A DNA stretch of 36,310 nt, from NCBI GenBank assembly GCA_045568015.1, contig JBJLBW010000017.1, positions 1 through 36,310 of the forward strand. The letters run 5' to 3'. The notes under the pieces were generated by a model, which was not told the DNA's origin, did no database searches, and was given only the letters and a program-made list of their open reading frames with translations. This DNA is from Candidatus Poseidoniales archaeon (GTDB taxonomy: Archaea; Thermoplasmatota; Poseidoniia; Poseidoniales; Thalassarchaeaceae). Of this stretch, positions 24,085 through 33,929 are shown one piece after another (the first letter of the stretch is position 1; every line of letters starts with the position of its first letter). Made by a program: the position numbers and the translations under genes.

Positions 24085-25688
24085 AATCGAAGATAATCAC
24101 TGATCATTCGAGCCCCAGTAAATCTTGCACTTGTGGTAATCGATGCGCGCATGAGATCATTCCAGTGTTCTGAACGGCCATTCCAAGCTGGTAGCACCTC
24201 GTGTTCAAGGGTGTCATACACCGCGGTTGCATCACGAACATCATCTCGATCTTCCTCACCTGCACCTACACCCCAACCATTGACTCCATGCTCACATGCT
24301 TCGGGCCACCATCCATCGAGAATACTGCAATTTGGAACTCCATTCATCGCGGCTTTCATTCCGCTGGTTCCACTGGCCTCCATGGGTCGAATCGGATTGT
24401 TGAGCCAGATGTCTACCCCACTGGTCATCGCCAGTCCTGTATCCATTGAATAATCTTCAAGGAAAGCAACAGGAATTTCGTCGGCAACCTGAGATGCGCC
24501 TTCGAAAATATCCCGAATCAGTTGTTTTCCACCCTCGTCGCGGGGGTGCGCCTTCCCAGCGAAAACAAACTGAATTTTCCCTCCTCCAATCTCTCGCAAT
24601 CGTTCGAGGTCACTGAAGACAAGATTCGCACGTTTGTATGTTGCAAATCGTCTTGCGAAACCAATCGTCAATCGTTCTTTGTGGAATTCGACACCTGTTG
24701 AGGTTCTGACAAGATCCCGAAGGATTGCACGCGCCTCTTGTCTCGCTTCCATCAACCCAACATCAGGAATTTTTCCTGCGTGAGCCAAAATGGTGGGGTC
24801 ATTCCTCCAACCTTTGAGGTGCTCATCGAATAGATTTGACATGGCAGGACTCGTCCATGTTTCGTGGTGGACACCGTTGGTGATTGGATGGATGTGCGTG
24901 CCCTCAAACATTCCACTTGCAACATAGGCATTCAGATTTGATACAGCATTGACCTGACCCGCTAAGGCCACAGCGAGGTGACTCATTGAGCAGAGGTTTT
25001 CATCTCCAACAAGTTCTCTTGCGTCCTCTGGAAACAATTCTCCTAAGACCTCTTCAACCTCGTCCCAGCCAAATCGGTCATGACCTGCTGGAACGGGCGT
25101 ATGGGTCGTGAATAGACAGCGTTGTCGAAGTTCCTCCCTAGTCCATCCTTGATGCAACATTTCGAGCATTGCAAACGTACAATGTCCCTCGTTAAGGTGC
25201 AATCCAGTGATGTCGTGTCCCAACGCTTGGAGTACCCGTATTCCCCCAACCCCAAGCAGATATTCTTGACGAATTCTCGTTGAATCATCACCACCGTAGA
25301 GTCGATTTCCTAGACTTCGATGATTCGGAGAATTGTTTGGGTGTCGTGTGTCGAGGAAGTAGGTTGGCAACCCCTTGATTTCGTAGATCCATACCTTGGA
25401 ATAAAGAGTGGTTCCATCAAGTGGCAAGGAAATTTCAATGCCGGTGTCGATCAGGTAGTCATGAGGGTCAATTTCACCGAATGTTTCCGTTTGGTTGCCC
25501 TTTTCATCCAAATGCTGGCGACCATATCCTTCGCGGTATAACAGCGTACAACCGACAAGGTCGAGCCCTGCATCGGCTGCCGATTTGATGTGGTCACCTG
25601 CGAGTACGCCAAGCCCACCAGAATAGGTGTGGAGCCCACTTTCAAAACCGACTTCGGCAGAGAGGTATGCAACACTCATTCGAACCAT
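24057..25688 (-). CDS. glgP: Alpha-glucan (maltodextrin/glycogen) phosphorylase, archaeal short GT35 type
   Basis: Matches include SVAYLSAEVGFESGLHTYSGGLGVLAGDHIKSAAD, LNEGHCTF and the PLP-lysine motif EASGTSGMKAAMNGVPNCSILDGWW. The start is taken at ATG 25688 (MVRMSVAYLS). An alternative GTG at 25742 abuts the malQ stop. Confidence 0.9.
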   Translation of the reverse strand: MVRMSVAYLSAEVGFESGLHTYSGGLGVLAGDHIKSAADAGLDLVGCTLLYREGYGRQHLDEKGNQTETFGEIDPHDYLIDTGIEISLPLDGTTLYSKVWIYEIKGLPTYFLDTRHPNNSPNHRSLGNRLYGGDDSTRIRQEYLLGVGGIRVLQALGHDITGLHLNEGHCTFAMLEMLHQGWTREELRQRCLFTTHTPVPAGHDRFGWDEVEEVLGELFPEDARELVGDENLCSMSHLAVALAGQVNAVSNLNAYVASGMFEGTHIHPITNGVHHETWTSPAMSNLFDEHLKGWRNDPTILAHAGKIPDVGLMEARQEARAILRDLVRTSTGVEFHKERLTIGFARRFATYKRANLVFSDLERLREIGGGKIQFVFAGKAHPRDEGGKQLIRDIFEGASQVADEIPVAFLEDYSMDTGLAMTSGVDIWLNNPIRPMEASGTSGMKAAMNGVPNCSILDGWWPEACEHGVNGWGVGAGEEDRDDVRDATAVYDTLEHEVLPAWNGRSEHWNDLMRASITTSARFTGARMISDYLRFYSNFPSSS

Positions 25689-25742
25689 CTCGGTCCGCTT
25701 CCACAGTCCTATGAATTTGACCCCTAAGGGATTAGAAACCAC

Positions 25743-27032
25743 TCAGCGCTTGAAGGCGTTCCAATTCCCATCCGAAAGTTCCGGCCAATCAAATCTCCAT
25801 GACCAATTTCCAGTGACTTTCCCTGGTGTATTCATCCGAGCTTCCGAACCCAACTGGAGAACATCTTGAATGGGAATAATTGCGAGGGGTGCTTGAGATT
25901 CCATCGCCAATCGAATCAGTGTATCACATGCATTTTCTCCAGCGAGGCCCACTTCAGCAATGCGCACTTTTCGATTGCTTGATGAGGCCTCCCACCAGCC
26001 CATTGTGGTGTCATTGTCGTGCGTCCCAGTGTAGACAACCCGATCTTTGGACAGGTTCGCAGGTCGATGTGGATTGTCCTCATTTTCATCATCAAATCCA
26101 AAGTGAAGGACCGACATCCCCGGTAGGTTGTGCCTTTTCCGTAATTCAGTCACTGTCTCAGGAATGATTCCCAAATCCTCAGCCACGATGAGCGTGTCTC
26201 CGGAAACATCGATGATGGCTTGAAGAATCTCATCACCCGGCCCTTCAATCCATTGTCCGTTCCTTGCGGTTTCGTCATCAACAGGAATGGCCCAAGCCGA
26301 TTCGAACCCTCGAAAATGATCGATTCTCACAATATCGAAAAGGCCACACATTCGTGCCATCCTCATCCGCCACCATGTCCAATCATCCTCATGGTGGGCA
26401 TCCCAATTGTACAGCATTGTGCCCCAACGTTGTCCGTCCTCGGAGAAGTAATCCGGGGGGACGCCTGCCACAACATCGTGTTGGAACAGATGTGGTCTAA
26501 CCCAAACATCGACAGAATCTTTGGCGACAAAGATCGGTAAATCTCCAAACAACTTGACCCCTTTTTGCGCTGCATAGTGTCTAAGAATCATCCAATCTCT
26601 TTGGAATCGAACCTGATTTAGAATACGGCCACGTATTCTTGGCATATGCTTCTGCATGGCTTCATCAATCGCATCTGGATGCCGGTCACGCAATGGTTCA
26701 GGCCATTCAAACCACGGTTTTTCCTCATGTATTTCTTTGAGGACATCATACAATCCCCAATCCCATGCCCAATGCGCATTGACACTGAGCCAATCTCTGA
26801 TTAACTCATGATCGGGGTCCTCCTCAAAAGAGGGGTCACACAATTTCACCCAACCGGCGAAAGCACTTGTCGATGCATACGGGCTTTGATGTTCATCCGG
26901 TGGGGTAAGTGGCAAAATTTGCCATACTGAAATCCCGGCTTCGGCAATCAAATCGATGAATGTGAAGGCGTCAGGACCCAACTTTCCTGAGGGCAAGGAT
27001 GTGATGTGGCACAATACCCCCGCCTCGCGCAT
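25743..27032 (-). CDS. malQ: 4-alpha-glucanotransferase (amylomaltase, GH77)
   Basis: Matches include GVLCHITSLPSGKLGPDAFTFIDLIAEAGISVWQILPL, SPYASTSAFAG, DLPIFVAKDSVDVW, VRIDHFRGF, IVAEDLGII and YTGTHDNDT. ATG 27032 (MREAGVL...) fits the family N-terminus. The track start TTG 27107 would overlap the divergent GH57 start. Confidence 0.92.
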   Translation of the reverse strand: MREAGVLCHITSLPSGKLGPDAFTFIDLIAEAGISVWQILPLTPPDEHQSPYASTSAFAGWVKLCDPSFEEDPDHELIRDWLSVNAHWAWDWGLYDVLKEIHEEKPWFEWPEPLRDRHPDAIDEAMQKHMPRIRGRILNQVRFQRDWMILRHYAAQKGVKLFGDLPIFVAKDSVDVWVRPHLFQHDVVAGVPPDYFSEDGQRWGTMLYNWDAHHEDDWTWWRMRMARMCGLFDIVRIDHFRGFESAWAIPVDDETARNGQWIEGPGDEILQAIIDVSGDTLIVAEDLGIIPETVTELRKRHNLPGMSVLHFGFDDENEDNPHRPANLSKDRVVYTGTHDNDTTMGWWEASSSNRKVRIAEVGLAGENACDTLIRLAMESQAPLAIIPIQDVLQLGSEARMNTPGKVTGNWSWRFDWPELSDGNWNAFKR

Positions 27033-27091
27033 ACCCGGCCTTCGGCCGGGAAGGTGGAAAACCTTTGATGTAAAGTGACCTCGCCGAAGCC

Positions 27092-30000
27092 ATGCGTCGG
27101 ACTGCAATCCTGCTCGTCACCCTTTTCCTAGCCCCTGTTTGGTTGGGCATGGTCACCGCCGCAACCCCTGACGAAATCACACTGGATGGTGACATGAGTG
27201 ATTGGGATGGCGATACATTGCAATCCACAGATGCCGATGCGGTTACATTTCGAATGACTTGGAATGAGACTCACCTGTTCGTGGCCTGGTCAGGCACTGA
27301 TTGGGCAAGCGAAAGTGAGGGGGCGGACTTGTTTGTTTATCTGAATACAAGTGAGGGTGGAAGTCCACTGTCAAAAGACTGGAATTTGGCCCAAACTCTT
27401 CCGTTTGCAGCAGACCACGCATTCGTGCTGGAGGACAATTCGTATTCCTCGCTGCAAACCTATGACGGTTCAGGCTGGGTTGACAGCACATCCACCGCAT
27501 CATCGTGGATCGGTTGGTCCGGTAATCCAAACACCGAGATTGCAATCCCCTGGGACGGCATTGGTTCACCAGAGAATGTGGGCGTCATCGCATGGGCTCA
27601 ATGGCAAGATGCTGGCAATGTTTGGACGGCATTCCCACAGGAAAACCCCGCCTCAAGCAATGGAGCTGAAGCATTTACACATTGGTATCAAATTGAGAAC
27701 AGGTCAACATCGCAATCCAGTTCCGACGTGGCCATCCAAACCTCGGATACACCGATTGAGAAGGTCGATGATGCATTGAACATCGCCATTGTTTTCCACC
27801 AGCATCAACCATATTACAAGAATAAGTTGACCGGCATGGTCGAAATGCCTTGGGTTCGAGTTCATGCCATGACGGAATACGTCGATAGCCCTGGTATTCT
27901 ATCGACGACGGACACCAAGGTCACATACAATCTGGTTCCATCATTTATCGAGCAGTTGCTCGATTATTCAGAAAACGGTGTGCTCGATGTCCACACCGAT
28001 ATCGCACGCCGTTCTTGGAACACCGAGGGGTATCCAAATGCCACAGCACTTGAGTTACATACGATGCAATTCCAATCATTCTGGAATTCAGGATGGATTT
28101 ACAATGTCAGTGCAGATGACCCACGCGTCGGTTGGGTGCAACCCTCAAGTCAGCGTTATTCTGAGTTGTATGACATGACATTGCACAATCTGAAACCTGC
28201 GACCATCATGGATGATATCCTGTTGGAACCACAAGATTTCCTTGATTTGCAAGTCTTGTGGTATCTCTATCAATTCAGTCCATCCTATGTTCAGGGGGAT
28301 TACAATTCAAGTCATCGCGATCAAGGTCTAATCGACCTGTTCATGCAAAATGGGCAGTATATGCTGTCCGATTTGACATACGTCCTAGATGCCCAAGAAG
28401 CCCACATGTCGAACATTCTCCCGATGTACTCAGAACTGGCTGCAAGCGGCCAAGTCGAGCTGACGACAACTCCGTACTATCATCCAATCATGCCACTATT
28501 GATGATGGATGGATGGACCTTTGAGGATGGAATCAGAGTCAACAAAGATTCGTGGCCAGATGATGTCACCAACCATCTACAGACAGGGATGGATTTGTTT
28601 GAACAAGAATTGGGATTCCGCCCCGTCGGCATGTGGCCCAGTGAACAATCTGTATCTCCAGACATGGTTCAACCCGTGGCTGATGTCGGAATCGAATGGA
28701 TGGTCACCGACGAACTCAATCTTGAGGAATCCACCGACATGTCAGGGCAAACCATCGATGTATCCGTTGCTTCTAACCTCGCGACACCTTGGATGGTTGG
28801 AGATGTTGCAACCATCTTCAGAGACCGGGTCATCAGCGACCGAATTGCCTTCCAATACGGGTCGATGACCCCTGAGGCGGCGGTCTCGGATTTCCTCGCA
28901 TATTGCGACAATATTCGTCAACAACTGCTGGATGAGGGCAAAGATCCCAGCGAGCACCTACTCACCGTCGCTCTCGATGGTGAAAACTGGATGTTCATGT
29001 CTGAATTCCAGCACCAAGACAATGGCCGTCCATTTACAGAGGAATGGTTCGGTCGATTGAGTACACATCCAACCGTGGTGACGACTACACCAGGGGAATT
29101 CCTTGAGAAAAATCTCACCTTGCCCGAAATCGATGTGATCGGTACAGGTTCATGGATCGATGGTACCTTGTCAACATGGGCTGGAGAAGCCGATGAGAGC
29201 CTTGCTTGGCAACGCCTTGCAGAGGCACGCCAGGCTTTGGTTTCCTTTGAGGCAGAGAATCCCACCCATGCGGGCCTTGGAGATGCTTGGGAGAGCCTCT
29301 ACATCGCAGAGGGGAGCGACTGGTTTTGGTGGTATGGACTGGACCAAGACAGTGGTTATGACGAGATGTGGGACGTCCTGTTCAAGGTACATCTCTCCAA
29401 CGTTTATCGAGCGGTCAACCTTGATCTTCCACCTTACCTACTCGACTTGTGGACAAACCCGGCTCTTCCAGAAACACCCTATGGGGGCATCATCGAACCG
29501 ATGATTGACGGCATTGCCCTGCCGGGTGAATGGGATGGTGCTGCAATGTACGATGCTGGTATCGATGACGAGTTGCTGGACATCGAATCATTCCATCTTG
29601 GATATGATGCATCAAGCGTCTATGTCCGTGTTGATTTGGGTAGCACCCCTGATGAATGGTCTACAATGGATTTGTCCGCTTCACCAGATGTCTCCATCTA
29701 CTTCATGCAACCGAATGCAATCAATTTCAATGAGGTTGAGACCAACTTCCGAACATATTACGGCAACACAGTACTAGGTTTCCCTGCCAAGAACATGATC
29801 TCCTTCAACTTCGGTGAGTTGTGGGAAGATGGTCGAGCAAAGTACGATATTTTCGAAGCAAAAGGGAAGATCGGCGATTCAGAGCGCTGGAATTTGGCAG
29901 GGCAATCGATCCTAGGTGGATGTGCGGCTGACGAAGTCTTTGAGTTCCAAATTCCATGGTCTGACCTTGGTCTGGCCCCTCGATATTCCACCCGCGTCAA

Positions 30001-31567
30001 AGTGGTCACAAGTTGGCAAAATTCCTTTGCCTATGGGGACGGAACTGACATCGAAATCGCCCCACCTGCACCTGCTGAAATGATCATGCCCGACTTGGAA
30101 GAATGGGTGACCTTGCTCGATATCGACGATGCGGTCGGAGATGAAACCGGAGATGGGGATTACACCTACCCACTTGCGGGTGATTTCGCACCTGGCTCAG
30201 GTCTATTCGACATCACGCATCTCAAGGTGAGTCAGAGCGAATGGAATGCGCGCTTCGAGGTCTCGTTTGCCGAGATGACCGACTATTGGGGATTGGCCAA
30301 CGGTTTCAGTCACCAAATTGTGCAAATCTATGTCGATCAAGGTGATACCACATATGGTGAAACAGAACTCCTAGACGGCGCATATGCTGTTGCGCACGAC
30401 GACTGGGCATGGGAGGTCGCCGTCTCAGTAACCGGTGAACCTGGTGCGGTCAAATCGGTCAGCGCCAGCACCGGTGAGACCAGCGCCAAAGGAATCGAAG
30501 TCTCTTCTGACAAAGATTCCAAGACCATCACAATCACAGTGTCCAAGAATGTCATTGGCGAGAATATTCCGAATTACAGATTCATCGTCGTCGCCGGTTC
30601 ACAAGATGGATTTGGCACAGGCAAGTGGCGCGATGTCGATGCGGAAGCCAAGACGTGGAGATTGGGTGGTGGTGCCGACCCTAGCACCGTCGATGGTCGA
30701 GAATACGATCCGAACATTATCGACATGGTACTCGACAATACGACTGACCAATCTGCAATGCTCAATTCGTACGATGTCAACTCCCAAACCTATGCGGTTC
30801 TGACAGGAATTGAACTGCCTGAGGTCGCACAGCAGGTGTTTGGTGTGAGTGTCTCAAGCATCACATCCTCTTCGGCGATTGTCTCGTGGTCGACAACCAA
30901 GTCGGACAATGGTACAGTCACTTGTGCAAACAATTCGTTTGAGACCACTGATGCCGCACTTTCTCACGCTTTGCAGGTAAGCCAGCTGACAGCGGGCACA
31001 GCCTACACCTGTACGATTTCAGTTGAGGGCATCTCTCCAATGGAGATTTCATTCAACACATCCACAGAAACCGATACGACACCTCCAGAGGTGCTGAACC
31101 ACGCCGTTGAAGTTCTGGAAGGTGGTTCGCTTCGAGTGACATGGTATACGAGTGAGGAAGCGACCGAATCCATCGAAGTATCTGGTCAGGCTTTCACCGG
31201 AGATACGGTTGCACTTCGCAAAAATCATGACATGACGATAGTTCCCAATCCAGCCCTCCCCGCCCTTGAAACACATGCACTAACGGTCACTGTCACCGAT
31301 GCCTCAGGAAATTCAAACACATCCACTGTGGAATTCACAATTGCAGAGGAAGATGCTGCATCTCCATTGCCTGAACAAGGTTCGAATCAAGGTGAAAATG
31401 GGGACAATTCAGATGAAAAAGCAGACATCGGCGCTCTCTTCGGAGATCCGGTGGTGCAGATTGCCCTCATACTCGTTGTGTTGATGATTCTCGTGGCATT
31501 TATCCGCACACGTAAGTATGAATTGGATTATTCAACATCCATTGAGGATGACCTGTTCGAAGATTAG
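27092..31567 (+). CDS. Membrane-anchored extracellular GH57 amylopullulanase-like enzyme (1,491 aa) with N-terminal CBM-like domain, glucodextranase-C-like domain and FN3-like repeats
   Basis: The signal peptide is MRRTAILLVTLFLAPVWLGMVTA. The five GH57 regions are FHQHQPYY, GQVELTTTPYYHPIMPLL, GMWPSEQSVS (nucleophile Glu), VALDGENW (acid/base Asp) and AEGSDWFWWYG. GDGDYTYPLAGDFAPGSGLFDITHLKV...HQIVQIYVDQGD resembles the glucodextranase C-terminal module. Two FN3-like units are present (SAIVSWST..., LRVTWYTS...). The C-terminal TM is VVQIALILVVLMILVAFI. Confidence 0.9.
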   Translation: MRRTAILLVTLFLAPVWLGMVTAATPDEITLDGDMSDWDGDTLQSTDADAVTFRMTWNETHLFVAWSGTDWASESEGADLFVYLNTSEGGSPLSKDWNLAQTLPFAADHAFVLEDNSYSSLQTYDGSGWVDSTSTASSWIGWSGNPNTEIAIPWDGIGSPENVGVIAWAQWQDAGNVWTAFPQENPASSNGAEAFTHWYQIENRSTSQSSSDVAIQTSDTPIEKVDDALNIAIVFHQHQPYYKNKLTGMVEMPWVRVHAMTEYVDSPGILSTTDTKVTYNLVPSFIEQLLDYSENGVLDVHTDIARRSWNTEGYPNATALELHTMQFQSFWNSGWIYNVSADDPRVGWVQPSSQRYSELYDMTLHNLKPATIMDDILLEPQDFLDLQVLWYLYQFSPSYVQGDYNSSHRDQGLIDLFMQNGQYMLSDLTYVLDAQEAHMSNILPMYSELAASGQVELTTTPYYHPIMPLLMMDGWTFEDGIRVNKDSWPDDVTNHLQTGMDLFEQELGFRPVGMWPSEQSVSPDMVQPVADVGIEWMVTDELNLEESTDMSGQTIDVSVASNLATPWMVGDVATIFRDRVISDRIAFQYGSMTPEAAVSDFLAYCDNIRQQLLDEGKDPSEHLLTVALDGENWMFMSEFQHQDNGRPFTEEWFGRLSTHPTVVTTTPGEFLEKNLTLPEIDVIGTGSWIDGTLSTWAGEADESLAWQRLAEARQALVSFEAENPTHAGLGDAWESLYIAEGSDWFWWYGLDQDSGYDEMWDVLFKVHLSNVYRAVNLDLPPYLLDLWTNPALPETPYGGIIEPMIDGIALPGEWDGAAMYDAGIDDELLDIESFHLGYDASSVYVRVDLGSTPDEWSTMDLSASPDVSIYFMQPNAINFNEVETNFRTYYGNTVLGFPAKNMISFNFGELWEDGRAKYDIFEAKGKIGDSERWNLAGQSILGGCAADEVFEFQIPWSDLGLAPRYSTRVKVVTSWQNSFAYGDGTDIEIAPPAPAEMIMPDLEEWVTLLDIDDAVGDETGDGDYTYPLAGDFAPGSGLFDITHLKVSQSEWNARFEVSFAEMTDYWGLANGFSHQIVQIYVDQGDTTYGETELLDGAYAVAHDDWAWEVAVSVTGEPGAVKSVSASTGETSAKGIEVSSDKDSKTITITVSKNVIGENIPNYRFIVVAGSQDGFGTGKWRDVDAEAKTWRLGGGADPSTVDGREYDPNIIDMVLDNTTDQSAMLNSYDVNSQTYAVLTGIELPEVAQQVFGVSVSSITSSSAIVSWSTTKSDNGTVTCANNSFETTDAALSHALQVSQLTAGTAYTCTISVEGISPMEISFNTSTETDTTPPEVLNHAVEVLEGGSLRVTWYTSEEATESIEVSGQAFTGDTVALRKNHDMTIVPNPALPALETHALTVTVTDASGNSNTSTVEFTIAEEDAASPLPEQGSNQGENGDNSDEKADIGALFGDPVVQIALILVVLMILVAFIRTRKYELDYSTSIEDDLFED

Positions 31568-33108
31568 ACGAATGGAATCGCCGCCATTGCGTGGGTGTGT
31601 AGATTCACCACAGTCAGGATACAGGGTTTGGGCTGGAACCCCAACATGCGTTGGTAATCCGTCTGGTCTTGCCAAGTACTGCTGTGTACGAGATTGACGC
31701 CTTTGTAGATCTCAGTGTGGTGACCGTGAACGTGTCCAGTGACAAAGATGTCCGGAATCTCTTGGATGACCAATCGATCCTCTGGCTCGGGTGAGAGTGG
31801 CGTTTTCCCACCCCACGAGGGAGCGAGGTGACGTCTGTCGATCATCGCACGCATGGCTGCTTCTGGTGTTTCGAATGTGACCGTTCGCAGACTGGACACG
31901 AAATCCATGATTGAAACACCATGATAGGAAAGAACCCGGACACCATGCAAACTGAAGTCACAGGGGTTGCCAACAAATACCGTATTGTTGTAATCGGTTT
32001 GCAATTCAGGGTCAATCGCTGGTTGAGGTTCAGCAGGTCGTACCGCATCGTGGTTACCAGGTAACAGGAGAACTTCGACCCAATCAGGCAATTCCTGCAA
32101 CATTTCACCCAACCGTGAATATTGGTTGAACAGGTCGGTGATGCTGAGATGCTTGTCCTGTCCTGGATAAATTCCCACGCCATCCACACCGTCTCCACTG
32201 ATCACCAGATATCGAATGGTCTGGGCCAATGGATCTTCGTGAAACCACCGAATCATCTTGTGCCATTGAGGCTCGAGGAAGGTTTTGCTGCCAAGGTGTA
32301 AATCCGAGATGAATGCTGCACTGACAGCACGGTCTTCACCTGCGGTACGTCGCTCATGTTGGGCAAGTGAAGGAAAGTGGATATCATCCGCGTAAATCAT
32401 GTCTCCAGATGTATTGAATGTACCCGTGACGCCAATGACATCATCATTCATCAATCCTGAATGAACAATTTTCTGGCTTGAATCATCCTCATCACGCTGC
32501 ATTAGCATACAAGTCACTTGACCGGTAGGGTCTTCCAACCAGAATCGAAGGTGACCATTTTTGGTGCTGTTCGTCTCTTTGACTAGACCGATAATGGTGA
32601 AATCATTCCCTCGTCCCGAATATTGCTTCTTATTTCGGACCGCCTCATTGATGGCAATGGGGCGGTTGGGCAAATTTCGATCAAGAATTAACCGGCGAAT
32701 TTGCTTGAGACGGTCATTAAAAAACGACTGAATATCTTCCTTCTTACCCTCTGTAACACTCTTACCAGTGATGTCGAAATGCACGGTAATCTCAGCATCG
32801 ATGTCCTTGGCTTGCATTGGGAAATCGGCCAACTTGTAGTGGTCGAGGTTGTGAATTCTTGGCGCAGCAACAGGTTCTGGCTCGGCGATGGGAGCAATTG
32901 TGCGTGCAACTACAGGCGTCTCCGTTTTTGGTAGCAGAGAATCCAGCAGTACTTCGTCGAGCATGCCTTTGCTTCCAGCTGCTTCTGCTGCCTGCAAGAG
33001 TGGCTCAATCGAGGGTAAAGCGAGTAGTCTATCACGGACAGAACGGGCAGGAATTAAGCCCGCAGCCATCACCTTTCGGTAGATTTCGCCCCATTCGGTA
33101 TCGCTCAC
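31564..33108 (-). CDS. polD1: DNA polymerase II (PolD) small subunit DP1
   Basis: Calcineurin-like phosphoesterase motifs are in the DP1 arrangement: AAFISDLHLGSK, VISGDGVDGVG, LLLPGNHDA and FVTGHVHGHH. An OB-fold-like middle region is present. GTG start at 33108. Confidence 0.9.
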   Translation of the reverse strand: MSDTEWGEIYRKVMAAGLIPARSVRDRLLALPSIEPLLQAAEAAGSKGMLDEVLLDSLLPKTETPVVARTIAPIAEPEPVAAPRIHNLDHYKLADFPMQAKDIDAEITVHFDITGKSVTEGKKEDIQSFFNDRLKQIRRLILDRNLPNRPIAINEAVRNKKQYSGRGNDFTIIGLVKETNSTKNGHLRFWLEDPTGQVTCMLMQRDEDDSSQKIVHSGLMNDDVIGVTGTFNTSGDMIYADDIHFPSLAQHERRTAGEDRAVSAAFISDLHLGSKTFLEPQWHKMIRWFHEDPLAQTIRYLVISGDGVDGVGIYPGQDKHLSITDLFNQYSRLGEMLQELPDWVEVLLLPGNHDAVRPAEPQPAIDPELQTDYNNTVFVGNPCDFSLHGVRVLSYHGVSIMDFVSSLRTVTFETPEAAMRAMIDRRHLAPSWGGKTPLSPEPEDRLVIQEIPDIFVTGHVHGHHTEIYKGVNLVHSSTWQDQTDYQRMLGFQPKPCILTVVNLHTHAMAAIPFV

Positions 33109-33188
33109 AAGCCCTCACCCTGACGCGACCGTTCAAAGGCATTACTGCGCCCCATAGGGGCGTATTCCAGCCCCCAATTGCAGTCGGC

Positions 33189-33929
33189 ATGCCTAAGAAC
33201 AGCCGCTTGAGCCGTCAATTCGTGAGTGAGGAAGCCTCCATGCTCGCGGCGCGGCTCGTCCGTCGCCTGAAGAAGGAAGGGTGGAGCCTATCCGTTGCCG
33301 AATCTTGCACGGGTGGCTTACTCGCCAGTAGTTTCACCGATATCTCCGGTGCATCCGAATGGTTCACTCAAGGTTGGGTGACCTATTCCAACGAATCGAA
33401 AATCTCCCTCTTGGGTGTGGATCCAAAAAAGTTGGAAAAACGCGGAGCAGTTAGTCACGATGTTGCGCTCGGCATGGCACAAGGAGCGCAATTGTCATCC
33501 GGTAGCGGTGTGAGCATTTCCGTTACCGGTGTTGCCGGCCCCGGTGGAGGAGCCGATGGGAAGCCGGTGGGGACGGTTTACGTTGCAGTTTGTGTCGGCG
33601 AATCATATCTGGTTCGACGTGGAGAGTATGGCGGCGGAGATCGAGCATCCAACAAGCATTCATTCGTGATTTTTGCCATGCAAAAGGCCATCCAAGCCTG
33701 GGATGCACACTTTGGACGAATTGAAGCGGTTCGTGTTGCTGCAGAGGCCGAAGTGGCTGAAGGAGAAACCATTGAGTTGGATCTCACGCAGGCACTTTCA
33801 TCGATCAATCCTGATTTGGATACATGGAAGGACAATACTGTATGGACCACAGAAAAAGTGGCAACAACACTTGAAGAACAGGATAAGGATGCACTTGGCG
33901 ATGACGCAGAGTGGGTTGAAGAACAGTAG
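33189..33929 (+). CDS. pncC: CinA C-terminal-domain / PncC-type nicotinamide-nucleotide amidase with an acidic C-terminal extension of about 75 aa
   Basis: Matches include SLSVAESCTGGLLASSFTDISGASEWFTQGWVTYSNESKISLLGV, VSHDVALGMAQGA, ISVTGVAGPGGG and KPVGTVYVAV. The track ORF start 32817 lies inside polD1 on the other strand. ATG 33189 (or 33240) is used instead. Confidence 0.85.
   Translation: MPKNSRLSRQFVSEEASMLAARLVRRLKKEGWSLSVAESCTGGLLASSFTDISGASEWFTQGWVTYSNESKISLLGVDPKKLEKRGAVSHDVALGMAQGAQLSSGSGVSISVTGVAGPGGGADGKPVGTVYVAVCVGESYLVRRGEYGGGDRASNKHSFVIFAMQKAIQAWDAHFGRIEAVRVAAEAEVAEGETIELDLTQALSSINPDLDTWKDNTVWTTEKVATTLEEQDKDALGDDAEWVEEQ

Noticed and set aside
32817-33188. N-terminal 124 to 141 extra residues of the CinA/PncC ORF in the track
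   Set aside because: This part lies antisense within polD1 and has an Arg/Gln/Leu/Pro-rich nonsense composition. Homology to CinA-C only begins after ATG 33189 or 33240.
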